Made by a program: the position numbers and the translations under genes
From: Lama glama
Lineage: Eukaryota
DNA length: 64,000 nt
Assembly (NCBI GenBank): GCA_028534125.1
Contig: CM052817.1
Span: 46,378,001 to 46,442,000 of the forward strand
Reading direction: 5' to 3'
Part shown: positions 11,549 to 25,579 of the stretch, in pieces
Position numbering within the stretch: position 1 is the stretch's first letter
Layout: the number at the start of each line of letters is the position of its first letter
The notes under the pieces: generated by a model
The model's database searches: none
The model's input: only the letters and a program-made list of their open reading frames with translations
Told to the model about the DNA's origin: nothing

Positions 11549-14500
11549 GTTCAAGACAGCTTCATGAGACTGCATCTTCAGTTACCCGAGGTTTAAAGGT
11601 ATGACCGTGTGATTACTTCCACTGATAGCGTCAAACAGATGACTTCTTTTTCCTTAGGCGTGATTTCTCTTCATTCTGACTCCACAGGCCATCCAAAACT
11701 AACCATGCTATCCAGTTGGGGCAGATTATTAGCCTCAGGAGAGGGTCTTGCCATTATCCACTTTCTCACAGATAAGAGGCTGGCCTGATAAAGTGAGTCG
11801 GGTGGTAGACAGCAGGAGCAGAATCTGTATCAGTAACCATCTTCAGAAGCCAAAATGCTTTTCTTCATGAATGCTTTACATTTCCTAAAGAGAAATGAAT
11901 TTTTTCAAGGGTTATGAGAGTAGATAGAGTCACACTATAAGGAAATACTATATCGTAAGGACACAAGATTATGGGCTTGAAACACGAATCTACAGACTTC
12001 TGTTTCCGTCAAATGGAACAGGTGGCTAGACTGACTTCTGAAGAAAACTTTCAAAGCTATATTAAATATTATTTTATACTAGTTTTGAATCCATTGATAA
12101 ACTATTAAAAATGTAAAGAAAACTTATGCAAGGGAATGAGTAGAAGCTGGAATGCTCTTTGTGTGTTACATACCTTTGTCTGATTATCCTTGTTCTATGT
12201 CTTATCTGCATACGTGTAATCCTCACAACAACTCAAAGTACTATCATTTCTAAATTTAACAGATGAAGAAACCGAAGCCAAGAGAAGTTATGATTACATA
12301 GCTAGAGGGTTCAAGGCTGGATGAAAACGTAGGGTTCTTATATATCTATAGATATACAGATATACAGAACTGCATAATACATCCAGGCATGTTGGAGTTG
12401 ATGGGAGTACTTTGGTGAAATACGAGAAAGACTGGAGACTATGAATAAAGGTTAAACAAACTGAAAAGTGTTCCTGTTAAGACTTAGTAAAATCAGGGAT
12501 AATTTGGGTACATCTGAAATGTGTCTCCAGCAGGTTAATTCAAAATATGTTGAAATTTTAATTTTCCCACAATTAATTTTCAGCTTATTCAATTTGTTAC
12601 TCACAACAAAGCAAAAAGAAAAAGACAATCTGTTAGGAAATGTGGGAGAACAAATATAGGCCATTCACAAGGAAGTAAAACTTAATGTAAGCCAATATAC
12701 ATGTGAGAAGATGCTAATGTTCACTGCCTATCAGAGAAACGCAAATTAAACCACGAGGAAGTACTAAGAAATAGCATACTGAATGACTCTGAATATTAGT
12801 ATGAGGGAAATAGGAATGTAAACATTGCCTAAAGGGGAATGTAAATTCATATAACCACTTTGGAGATGACAAAGCAGCTTCTACATTACTTTCTGCTTGC
12901 AACAGACCATCTGAATATATACACAAGATTTATCTGATGGAGAGTGAGGTGTACTGGGTTTCATAGGAACTGTCCAATGTGGAAGGAAGAATCATCAGGA
13001 ACTAATCTGTTTATAAGTCAGCACTTATGAATGCCTACTTTCAAAGTACTTTTTAAAAGATTTTATTATTCTGAAGCTAGAACTTGCAATTGCGAATGTG
13101 ATCATGCCCATGATAGAAGTTTTGAGGTCTCCAAAGCAAGGTATATTATGGAAACGACAATATTCCTCGAATAAATTGTAGGATTAAAGAAATAGATAGA
13201 CCTGGTTACTCTAGTCATGTGGGTCTAAAAGTTATAATAGGAAGAAAGGGCATTGACCAGGCTATTTTTAGTTTCTTTAAAGTCCTTATTTATTACTGCC
13301 AGAGCATGCCAATGAAAATTAATTACCTCAATACAAGATAGAGGTGGGAAAAAAGAAAATAAAGCATACTCCTTTTCTCTCCTGGGCATCATTATAGAAA
13401 ACCCTATGAGTTGGATCTAAATACTTTTTATTTAGGAGAAGCTGAAGTACCTGGGAAGTGGAAGGATAAACTGGAGGGGAAGCTCTGAGCTCAGGTCAAG
13501 GTATATTCTCTAAATGGGAGGAATACAGGACATGTGTAAGGGAAGCAAGAAACAGTAACACTGAGTAACTGAAGGCTGTTAAATAATCTCAGAGAATTAT
13601 TTTGATAGAGACCAATGGTCTAAAAACATCTACTAAGGAACAGTTGTCCAATACAATTATTATGGGATCTAATCATCAGAATGCCTTTCACGTTGTCATA
13701 GTACAAAAGTAACCTGGGAAAAAAGTGGCTGACTGTGGGTTTCTGTACTTCTATTTGTCAGCTAAGGCTGGCTGGCAAATATTTAGTTGCCGTGCCTGTT
13801 ACGAACCATTCAGCCTGCTATGAAGCCAGGCTTTATGGTTAAATTGTGAGATGATAATACCAGCTACCAAAAGCTGTTGAAAATAAGAAGAAACCACTTT
13901 TTCCTCCTCAAAGAGATTTTTATAATTTTAATAGATGCTTCCGGGCATATCTGAGAAGTCTCAATAGGATTCAGTACCTAAAAAGAAGGTGGTCTGTGGT
14001 AAAACTCACCCGGAAGAGCTAGATTAACCCAGACGATGGCTGGGGCAGAAGCAGCAGCAATCTCCCTTTCCAAATGCGGCACAAGAAGCCAACCCTCTCA
14101 TGAGAGCAGTCACTTTCCAGGAGTCCAGGGGCCAATGGCGCAGTCTGTGTCCTTGTCCAATGAGGGGCAGTTGTGTTGCCTTTGTCAGCTTCATTCTATT
14201 CTGAAACTTAGGTGACTTTTCTTTTCTATGGGGTCCTCTGGCCCAGGCTTTCTGACCCCTGGGGAAATTCTCTGAGATAACAATTTCTCACTCTCTCTCT
14301 CTACAGCTTTAGTGAGGAAAATTTTCCTTAAAAACCACACATACTGAAAATATACAATTTGATGACATTTGATTTGATATACACAGACATCTACAAAATC
14401 ATCACCAGACTGATGCGTCACCAGAAACCACTCATCTTTATGACTAATATATCCATCACCCTCAAAATGCCCTTCTGTCCCTTCCTTTGTAACCTCTCCC

Positions 14501-17500
14501 TCCAACCCTGCCCCTCAGGTCCCCAGGAAAACAATGGTTTACTCAGAGGCTCCCAAGGAGAATGGTTCTAGGGGTGAAGGTGAATTTGCAAGCCTTTGTC
14601 TGATCTAGCTCAGACATCATGACACATCACTTGTGCCTCATCCTATTTGTTAAGCAAGTCATTAATATCAACTCAGATTCAAGAGGAGGGGAATTAGATC
14701 CCACCTTTCAAAGGAAGGGGTAGCAAAAAATTCTCAGCCATTTTTAAATTAGCACAACAGAATTGAAAACCACAGTAATAGCCTATCCTCCCAATTTTAT
14801 AGATTGAGATACTAAAGTAAACAGGATGAATCCTAAAACTCCAAATATGATGCTTGAGACTGAGAGCTTTAAGTCAAAAACTTTGTTAGATACCTGCCAC
14901 ATTGCTTTTGGCCTCTTAAGTTAAAAAAAAAAATACCTCTAGCTATCTGTTCAAAATCTCTTAGGAGAAAGCCTTCCAACTCCTATCTATTTCTCATGTG
15001 GGCTGGGAAAGGAAAAACTCAGGTCTTCAAGGTGCATGGAAAACATTCACAGACACCGTGATAAAAGGGGTGTGCTCATTGCAAATACTCTGCATTGTGA
15101 GTTTCCTGTCACCTTTCAGTCTCACAACTTCCTATTGCAAGCCTGGTTAGGGTATTACCAACAAAAAGAACAGCACTTCAAAGCATTTGCAAAGAAATTA
15201 GATCATTAAAGAAAGTCTTGTCACAGATTGACTTCTCACGAAGCAACTTCTGATGAAAATGTTCTAGAGATCTGTTGTACAACAGTGTTCATGCAGTTAA
15301 CACTACTATACTGCACATTAAAACATGGTTAAGGTAGGAAATATTATGTCGTGTATTTTTATCACAATAAAAAAAAACAGGAAGCAGATTCTAAGATGAT
15401 CTTGGAGGTCAAGACATCTATTAAAGTTCAAAACCTATAAAAAGAAGGGGGAAGAAGCAGGGTTGGGCAGAGGAGAACAGTCAAATTGCTATACAAACCC
15501 TGCAGAGACTAGGCAGCCCAGCAGAGCAGGCCCCAGAGCAAGTATTTTTGTCCCACCTAGAGCTGAGGTGACCTACCTTTATACTCTCACTGAGCCTCTT
15601 GGGTGCAGGATCCCCCAGGAAGGCTGTGACCTTGGTGGAGCAGCTTCCTGCAGTGGAAACAGTAAGTTCTTCCATGAAGGGGAATCTGGGCAGTAGAACT
15701 CCATGTCTACTGTCATCATTAGAGACAGGAAATTCAGACGACAACATTGGGGAAAAGTAGTGATTTTGCTTTTGAAGGCGTCATCTGAGCTCCCTGAAGG
15801 AATAATATAGTACACACGATTCAATGAGAATTCCAGTACACTGAAAGCAGAATTCAAGAGTATTTAGTACTAATTTTGGCCAGAAAGTATCTGCTCCTTT
15901 GCTTCACGTACAGACACACACACAAATCATCTTTTAGCATGACAGAAAGGTCAAGAATAGGATTATAGGGGTATGAGTATGGGGGATGTAATATACTTAT
16001 GCTCAGCAGTTTCTATACTGTTGAATTTATTCATAATATTATCAGTTCTTTGGCTTTCTTCCAGGATTTTTGCATTTTTCTGTTATTTTGTGCATTTAAC
16101 AAACAGTCTGTAATCCAAAATATGCTAATAAGATACAATTTGGAGCCTTCAAGTATTACTAACGGGTAACATGTTGATTTACTTCTCAATATTTTTATGT
16201 CATTTTGCACTTTCATATAGAACAACTCTTTTTTTCACATTTTCAACCAGAATATTTTGAGACTTCCTAAGAGCTTGCTTATTCTCTGCAAAAACCTAGA
16301 CAAATTATTTATTCTCACCAGACCTCAGTTGCCTCATCTGTAAAACAGCGATATGATGGCACTTGACTCTTACGATTGTTGTGAGCACAGAATGATATAA
16401 TATATGTAGATGGTTTATGGCAGGGGCTGACAAATAGGAACAAGTCAATAAGTGTAACTGACTATTGCATGATACTGTAACCATTCTTTCAGTAGTAAAA
16501 ATCAGCCATGATCATATGAAACCCTTTCGAAAATATATTTGTTGAAAAGTAACAATTTAGCAATTGAAGTCAAAATTCTAATTCCAGGGTTCAGTCTCAG
16601 AGACTTTTCCAAATCCGTCACAAGGTGGCCCCAAATTCATACCCGTGGCTCTATGTTCGTGGACAATGGATCAAACAGCAAGAAGTTATTGCAGCAAAAA
16701 TCCATGGTAATAATAATCCAATGTGTAAGTGGACCACTTAATAATCAGTTGTCCGTTGGCTGAAGGAAGAGAAAAAGCAAGTCTCGTATGTTTGAAATGG
16801 GCAAGAAGACTGTTAAATGTGTCTAGATGTTTTTCTTCAAGGCTAGTCTCAATAAAAGTGGTTAATAAATCATCTAATCAATGTTAAACACTTCATGTAG
16901 TGCATGCCCTGCATGCTTGGTTGAGAAAAATCTCTAATTTTCACCTTTTCCCTTTTTAATAAATTGGTTAATTAGCAACTGTTAATTTTTTGTTTTTACC
17001 TGGAGGCTTGTAAAGCAGTTTCAGAACCCTTTCCACTGTATTCTTTTCTACCTGAAACACAGAGATAAATCTATAGATCATAAATCATGCAAAATCTTGT
17101 CAGGAAAGCCTTATATTAGAGGTTTTATAAAATCATGACTAATTCATAACTTCTTCCTCTTATTTCTGAATCCTTCAGTCTTAAGATTGAGCCTAAAAAA
17201 CTCCCTTCTAGACGGTGAAAAATGCTTTCCAGGCTAAGTAATGTAATGTTAGAAGAAATGCTTGGCAATTGATTGCAGCTGGTAGATAATATTTGAATAA
17301 ATGTTAAAAGAATTGATGCAGTGGAACTGAGCATGTAAGAACTACCGTATTGTAGTATAGGAGTTTAGAGTCTCAGCACGAGAGTCAGAAGTTTGATACT
17401 CTAGTTTAACTTAATCGTGGTGTAGCTGGATAAAGCACTTCAAGATAATCATACTTACTTTGTGGAGGTTTTTGTGAGAATTAAATGAGGTCGCATGTAA

Positions 17501-19334
17501 AGTGCTGAACATTTTGCCTGGAACACAGTAAGGATATAATAGTCCCTTATATTACCATCACTGCTTTCACTCATGATAACGTGGGATAATACAAAGAACT
17601 AATTTAATCTTCAATGGAAAAATCTAAACATATCCCTGCTGATGTTTCTCAACTGATTCTGAATTGAGCCTCAAAAACCAGCTCAAAATGGTGCACTGTC
17701 TTCCATGTTGATGTGTTTGTTTTTACGGAGGGAGAGGTGGTCAGCAGTGTGAACAGCCCAGCATTGCTTGGAAGAGCACAGCCTGCATTTAGTAAAATGG
17801 TCTGAGTATATGTTTCAGCCAAAAATATTTGGAAAATTGTATTTTTGAATGAGCTCATAGACTTTTCAAAGTAAATGAGAGGGACTTGATTTGATGTGCG
17901 TGCACACTTTCCTAAATATTTGATTTTTGTCTCTGGAAAAGAAGCAGAAGGCGAAATTGTTGAATTTAGTAATCTATAGACGTCTTTCCTGCATCTGTCT
18001 TATAATTAAGAAAGGAAATTTAGACAGTTTAGTTGTAGTGTAGATAAGTCACAAGTCATAATCAAATATGACTCACTGTATGCCCAGAATTTCCAACTTA
18101 AGCTTTTACATGAATTGTTAAAATTCTATTTTCAGTTGATTTATGGCAAGGGCTCTTGCAGCTTGATCAAGACCAAGATCTCAGACAGCATTTGTAACAC
18201 TAGATGGAGGACACATCTCTGATAGTGTACCTGCATTTTAGAGAAAGCTTTTCAGTACTTATTTCCCAAGATAAATGTATTATTAAGACACAGCCACTTT
18301 CGTCAAGAATGTGCTTGTATGCCTAAAACATTTCAAGTGGATTCAAATACATGATCTTTTGAAACTCACCAGAAACTAAATTACACTTTTAAAGACCAAC
18401 TTGAAAATTAGAACAAAAATTAGCACAAATGATTATATATATGCACATATGTATTACACACACACACACCAGGCACTCTGTTGCATATTTCACCTAATTT
18501 TAAAAACAATTTTATAAATATTATTATCACCATTTAACATATGAGGAAATCAAGAACTTGATATACTAGATCAGTAGTTTCCAAAATGTTGGCTATGTAC
18601 CATTTATTATGTACTAATTGATACATGAAAAAAAAAACATTTACCAAGGATATAAACATAAAGCATAATGAAAATGAACACTCACGAATGCACACTGAGC
18701 AACAGAACTAGAACTGTATTGCTGTTGTCAAATCCATGTGCTTCTTCCGTATTCTATCCCTCGGCTTCCAGTCAGAGTTTATTACAATCCTAAACTTTGA
18801 TTCATTCTTACAGTTAGAAGTATAGCTCTCTTCCAAAATTAGTCTGGACATTAACTTATTTATAACATTCTTTTCCTTTATGTAAAACTGCAGCAATGTT
18901 TGGGCATTTAATGTAGACATAGTAACCATAGCTCTTGGATTTTGTACATTCTACTCAGAATTCATCAGTTAGTTTTGTGGTTTTCATTTAGGACTTACAC
19001 GTGATTTTTTGACAGTCACTTACTTTGGACTGATTCAATCAGAAAACTCAATTTCGCGTTACACTTCAAAATAGTTTGCTTAAAACCATCCAAAATTTGA
19101 GTTTGCATATGTTGAAGCCTTCGACCTTTATTTCAAAAGCCTCCTCATAATCAGTCCAGTCCTGCAGAGAGCCCTGTACTAGCTGTTTCACTTCTCTTGT
19201 TCTAAACCATCAATTTCTCCTGTGCATTTCTTGATGTATTACATAATAATTACAAAAGATTAATATTTGGGGATATGAATCCTAATGTTTTTAATATACT
19301 GGTAATTAACGATGGGGAGGGGGATGTGCTCAGA

Positions 19335-19339
<5 letters not shown>

Positions 19340-19369
<30 letters not shown>
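19340..19369 (+). repeat. (GT)n microsatellite
   Basis: About 14 GT units. Confidence 0.95.
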
Positions 19370-19371
<2 letters not shown>

Positions 19372-22177
19372 TGACAGTGTGTAGTAATATGTAGACTTTT
19401 TCTTTTATAGCTCTTTTTAATTAACCTCTTTCTCTCTTTTTCCAACTGGGAACCAGACTTGACTGGAGAACTAGGATGAGTTCATAGGGAGGAGTTTTGT
19501 CATCTTCGTACCAACCTAGACATATTATTATGAGTGGACCAGACAAAATTGCAAAGTCATGATTGCTAAACAGTTTTTCTTTTTGTCATCTTTCCACTCC
19601 ATTCCCGAGTCTTTTTGCTTCAGCCTTGTCCTTGCATCTCAGCACCTAGGGCTTTGTCAATGTTCTCCGGTAAACCACAGCCTGCTCTCCAGAGCCTCCA
19701 CCTCTCCTCCCAAATAAAAAAAATTACCCCCATACCCCCTACCCCTTCTCCACTTCCACCTCAATGGTACAGATAAAGTGAGTCATCAGTCTGGTTACAG
19801 TGCTTGATCCCAAGATAAATGAATGAACCATAGATTTTATCAATGAACTTTCAAGAGAATTTGCAGAACTAAAGGCCATCTCCAAAAGAAAAATATGTGG
19901 GGGCTATATTTCATTGCAGACTATGTCTTAATCACAGCCTAACAATGCACAGTCAGAAGCTCCACTCCCCGACCCAACACACTCTTCCATGCCAGAAGTA
20001 AAATGATACGAAATGAGCTTTGCTGTAACGTACAACTCTTTGTTTCCATACCACTCCTCTCTCTCCCAACCTATATTTTCATACACGGAGCTTTAGTGCA
20101 GGAGAGATTTATGTGTATGTCCTAACAGTGTACTCTTAAATGCCATCCTTCACTTCCTAGGAGTGTCCTGTAGATTGGTGCATTGTTTTATCCATGGAAT
20201 GCATCCTTGCTATTAGCAGGCAATTTGGTATTGACTTGGTCAGAATGTGGTACAGAAAGCAATTTAGAGAACTAACATGCCATTTATTCAGTATTTTAAA
20301 TAATTTTGTTCCTCTCAGTTATTAGTGGTTTAATATCCAGACATCAGAATTCAATTATTAGATAGAAGAATGAAAGATTGCTCTTACTTCTTTTCTAGCC
20401 AAAGCATATTTCCAACCACACCAAAATAAAGCAACTAATAGAAATACTTTGGAGTTTAAACATACAAGAAAGTGCAGTAGAATTAGGCCCATTTCTAATT
20501 TAAATATTTCAGGATTTTCCAGAACTATTAATTCTGTTTCTCTTAGTCTGAGATACAGATAAGACCTGGGTGGCTCTCTTACAGATGGAGAAACTGCCCA
20601 GAGAGGGTAAGAGGTTTCTCAATGTAATAAACAGAAGCATAAAAAGAAATCAGGGGCTTCTGACTCACAGTCCAGTGTTTTCTAAAGGCAAACCACATTT
20701 AAATGTTTAGATTCATTGCCAAATACCCACAAAGATAACTAACCACAGAGACTGTGCAAAAAAATATATAAGAACTGTAACCTTTTGAGCAAGTGTTAAA
20801 CATATCCCCCAAATATGGTAGTGTCTTAACTTTGTTCACTGTAGCATAGAACTAGGAAATGTGAGGGGCAGAGCCTTGGGGATTGCACTATCACCATCTT
20901 GTGACCAAACTAGAACGAGTGTTTGGGGGATAAACTGAACGTTTCCAAAAAGAGTAGACAACGTAGGACCAAAGAAATGCAAACCAAAAACTTTCAAGTG
21001 GGCAACTGGATAGTGGAAAGATAAATACTTTTATAATCTATAGAACTCCCAGAAAGAGATGTATTTCTGAAGACAAAAGAATTTTTCTGCCCATCTTTCT
21101 CTCTCTCTAGCTCTCTTTCTTTTATTTTTAAAGAATGGCCATGATTTTCACTCTCTTAAAAACAGATCAGAGGCAAGCGCTTGAGTGCTGGTAGTTCACC
21201 TGTGCAGGGATCCAGGCACCAGAGGGAGGGAGCAGAAAAGTGGAACAGGGAAGGGTGAAGAGCCAACGTAAGTAAGGGAAGTAAGAGTGCCTCGTTGAGC
21301 TGCTGCTGTGAGCGATGCATCTCCATTCCCCCGGAACGTCCAGGAAGCAACAGAGTGCCTTCTAGAATATTCTCCCTTGGAGGCCTGGAGTCTGGAGAAT
21401 GTAACTGTCAGTTCTCCTCACCCAGGGGTTGAGAACTTCCCCCAGGGGCATAAGGTTTTGCTGCTTCTTCTCTATTGATGAATTTAAAACCAAAGATCAG
21501 GAATTTAAAGCTTGGAAAGAGAGAAAACAAGGGGCCTGAATGGTCAACTATCAAAACAACTGAGATCTCTAAAACAGGATGAAGGATGAAGTGGATGCAT
21601 CTTTAAAGTGGATACTTGGGCAACCAAAGCATAAATCAGGCACTTGCATTACAAAAAAGAAAAACCATCTGTCAGAATTTACTAAACCCTACAACCTCAG
21701 CTCTGTATCTATCTCCTAATTTAGAAACAATCCTTAGAAAAAGAAAGAATTAAATATTAAGTAAGATTGTTTGCCCACCTTCCATGGAGAGTAGGACTGA
21801 GTAGGAATTGAGTGGAACCACAGAAGCACAGGGACAATTTCTTGTATACCTGTGATGATAGACGGAAATTTTCATTCATTTCACCATAAATTGTGTTACT
21901 GAATTGATATTTTGATTGAAAATTAAGCCAATGCTAATAAATGATGTGCATTCCTTCAGACATTACCCACACTCCCTTAGCTGCTCCACAGAACCCAGGT
22001 CCTGTCTTTCTCTGCCTGTGTGTACGTGTGTTACATGTCCAGTAACACGTGGAAGGAGTGGGGCTCTGCAGCTGCCAGCAGTTGTGTTTTCACGTGGAAC
22101 CCTCCTTTGGGGAAATTTATTTCCTTCGCGCTTCCTTTACTTGATTTCATCTGACTGTAGTACCAGTGAATTCTGTC

Positions 22178-22780
22178 TTTTTTTTTTTTTTAAGGTTTGT
22201 GAGTTTTATTTTATTTTTTTAACATTTTTTATTGATTTATAATCATTTTACAATGTTGTGTCAAATTCCAGTGTAGAGCATAATTTTTCAATTATACATG
22301 AACATATATATATTCATTGTCACATTTTTTTCTCTGTGAGCTACCATAAGATCTTGTATATATTTCCCGGTGCTACACAGTACAATCTTGTTTATCTATT
22401 CTACATTTTGAAATCCCAGTCTATTCCTTCCCATCCCCCACCCTGTTGGCAACCACAAGTTTGTATTCTATGCCTGAGTCTGTTTCTGTTTTGTATTTAT
22501 GTTTTTTTTTCAGATTCCACATATAAGCAATCTCATATGATATTTTTCTTTCTCTTTCTGGCTTACTCCACTTAGAATGACATTCTCCAGGGACATCCAT
22601 GTTGCTACAAATGGCATTATGTTGTCAGTTTTTATGGCTGAATAGTATTCCACTGTATAAACCCTACTCCAAAATGACACCTGCACCCCAATGTTCATAG
22701 CAGCACTATTTACAATAGCCAAGACATGGAAACAGTCTAAATGTCCATCAACAGATGATTGGATAAAGAAGATGTGGTAT
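22178..22780 (-). mobile_element. Young camelid L1, 5'-truncated with 5' inversion
   Basis: Antisense 3' end 22204-22658 joined to a sense-orientation piece 22659-22780 whose end abuts the breakpoint; candidate TSD ATTCTGT (22170-76 / 22781-87). Confidence 0.85.
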
Positions 22781-23475
22781 ATTCTGTATAACTCTTAAAG
22801 GGTCAACTACAAGATTTTTTGTGTTTTTTTTCTTTTTTGAGTCAAAGATTTGATATGGAATTTATTCATATTTTGGAGCTGCATACAATAATTCTCTTAT
22901 TGCACATTTGTTGTTAAACACCTCCTCATACACTACACAAACCAAGCCAAGAATTAAATAGTTAGCAGAAGAAAAATATCTTTCTAACTGTAAAGGAGCT
23001 GTGTAAAAGATTGAGGAAAGTATTGAATGAAGAGTGAGGACAAGGAGAGTCTGGGTCTGCACTGACCAACGTGGTAGTCATCATCCACAGGGGTATTTAC
23101 ATTTAAATTTACATTTAAAGCTCAGTTCCTCAGTCTCACTAGCCACTAGCAAATTTTAGGTGCTCAACAGTCGTGTGTGTCTAGAGGCTGCTGAATGAGA
23201 TACTTTTAAACTCTTAAAAATTATTGAGGTCCCTAAAGAGTTTTCTTTAAAATATGAATTATAACCATTGATATTTACTATATTAGAAGTTAAAACAGAA
23301 GTATTAAAGTAACAACTCATATTTCATTAGTCATCCCAGAGCAATGACATCATCACACATCACATATTCTTTGGAAACTTGCACCACACATGCAGAAAGA
23401 GTCAGGGATAGGGAAAGGTTAACAAGATTTTAATGTTGTGAAACGTTCTGACCTCTCAGACAGCCTGGAATTGTC

Positions 23476-25579
23476 TTTTTTTTTTTAACATTTTTTATTG
23501 ATTTGTAATCATTTTACAATGTTGTGTCAAATTCCAGTGTAGAGCACAATTTTTCAGTTATACATGAACATATATATATTCATTGTCACATTTTTTTCTC
23601 TGTGAGCTACCATAAGATCTTGTATATATTTCCCTGTGCTATACAGTATAATCTTGTTTATCTATTCTACATTTTGAAATCCCAGTCTGTCCCTTCCCAC
23701 CCCCGCCCACTTGGCAACCACAAGTTTGTATTCTATGTCTATGAGTCTATTTCTGTTTTGTATTTATGCTTTGTGTTTTTTTTTTTCAGATTCCACATAT
23801 GAGCAATCTTATATGGTATTTTTCTTTCTCCTTCTGGCTTNNNNNNNNNNNNNNNNNNNNNNNNNNNNNNNNNNNNNNNNNNNNNNNNNNNNNNNNNNNN
23901 NNNNNNNNNNNNNNNNNNNNNNNNNNNNNNNNNNNNNNNNNNNNNNNNNNNNNNNNNNNNNNNNNNNNNNNNNNNNNNNNNNNNNNNNNNNNNNNNNNNN
24001 NNNNNNNNNNNNNNNNNNNNNNNNNNNNNNNNNNNNNNNNNNNNNNNNNNNNNNNNNNNNNNNNNNNNNNNNNNNNNNNNNNNNNNNNNNNNNNNNNNNN
24101 NNNNNNNNNNNNNNNNNNNNNNNNNNNNNNNNNNNNNNNNNNNNNNNNNNNNNNNNNNNNNNNNNNNNNNNNNNNNNNNNNNNNNNNNNNNNNNNNNNNN
24201 NNNNNNNNNNNNNNNNNNNNNNNNNNNNNNNNNNNNNNNNNNNNNNNNNNNNNNNNNNNNNNNNNNNNNNNNNNNNNNNNNNNNNNNNNNNNNNNNNNNN
24301 NNNNNNNNNNNNNNNNNNNNNNNNNNNNNNNNNNNNNNNNTTTGATTTGCATCTCTCTGATAATTAGTGATATTGAGCATTTTTTCATGTGCCTATTGAC
24401 TTTTTGTATGTCTTCCTTGGAGAATTGCTTGTTTAGGTCGTCTGCCCATTTTTGGATTGGGTTGTTTGTTTCTTTCTTATTAAGTCATATGAGCTACTTA
24501 TATATGCTGGAGATCAAGCCTTTGTCAGTTTCATTTGCAAAAATTTTCTCCCATTCTGTAGGTTGTTGTTTTGTTCTACTTCTGGTTTCCTTTGCTGTGC
24601 AGAAACTTGTAAGTTTAATTAGGTCCCATTTGTTTATTCTTGCTTTTATTTCTATTGCTTGGGTAGACTGTTCTAGGAGAACATTTTTGAGATGTATGTC
24701 AGATAATATTTTGCCTATATTTTCTTCTAGGAGGTTTATTGTATCTTGTCTTATGTTTAAGTCTTTCCAAATTGGAAATGAAGAGGTAAAAGTGTCACTA
24801 TATATACAGATGACATGATAATATATATAGAAAACCCTAAAAGGTCCACAGAAAAACTACTAGAAATAATCAAAGAATCCAGCAAGGTAGCAGGTTACAA
24901 GATTAATGTTCAAAAATCAGTTGCATTTCTTTACACTAATGATGAATCAACAGAAAAAGAAAGTTAAGAAACAATCCCCTTTAAAATAGCACCCAAAGTA
25001 ATAATCTAACCAAGGAGGTGAAAGACTTATACATGAAGAACTATAAAACACTGATGAAGGAAATTAAAGAAGACTTAAAAAAATGCAAAGATATCCCATG
25101 CTTCTGGATTGGAAGAATCAATATTGTTAAAATGGTCACACTGCCCAAGGCAATCTACAGATTTAATGCAATCCCTATCAAATTACCCAGGACATATTTC
25201 ACAGAACTAGAACAAATAATAATAAAATTTATATGGAACCACAGAAGACCTAGAATTGCCAAATCATGACTGAAGAAAAAGAAAGATGCTGGAGGAATAA
25301 CTCTCCCAGACTTCAGACAATACTATAGAGCTACAGTCATCAAGACAGAATGGTATTGGTACGAAAACAGACATATGGACCAATGGAACAGAATAGAGAG
25401 CCCAGAAATGAACCTACAAACTTTTGGTCAGCTAATCTTCAACAAAGGAGTCAAGAATATACAATGGAATAAAGACAGTCTCTTCAGCAAATGGTGTTGG
25501 GAATACTGGACAGCAGCATGTAAAGCAATGAAGCTAGAACACTCCCTTACACCATACACAAAAATAAACTCAAAATGGA
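23476..25579 (-). mobile_element. Young camelid L1 (about 2.1 kb) with 5' inversion; contains ORF2 fragments
   Basis: Antisense part 23476-24766 and sense part 24767-25579 encoding ORF2 motifs ([15 protein letters not shown]...[25 protein letters not shown]...SLFSKWCWE); spans an N gap. Confidence 0.9.
23841..24340. other. Assembly gap (500 N)
   Basis: Run of N inside the L1. Confidence 1.

Noticed and set aside
11632..11664. Minus-strand ITPKEKEVICL, resembling a chemokine exon 3 start
   Set aside because: No acceptor site and no continuing similarity
15060..15070. GATAAAAGGGG identical to the GRO TATA-like box
   Set aside because: No upstream kB site or downstream signal-peptide exon
21156..21350. 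ORF containing a CLDP motif
   Set aside because: No chemokine exon 3 context, size or splice sites; probably chance
23711..24818. Long ORFs of 200-350 aa
   Set aside because: Artefacts of reading through N runs inside an L1
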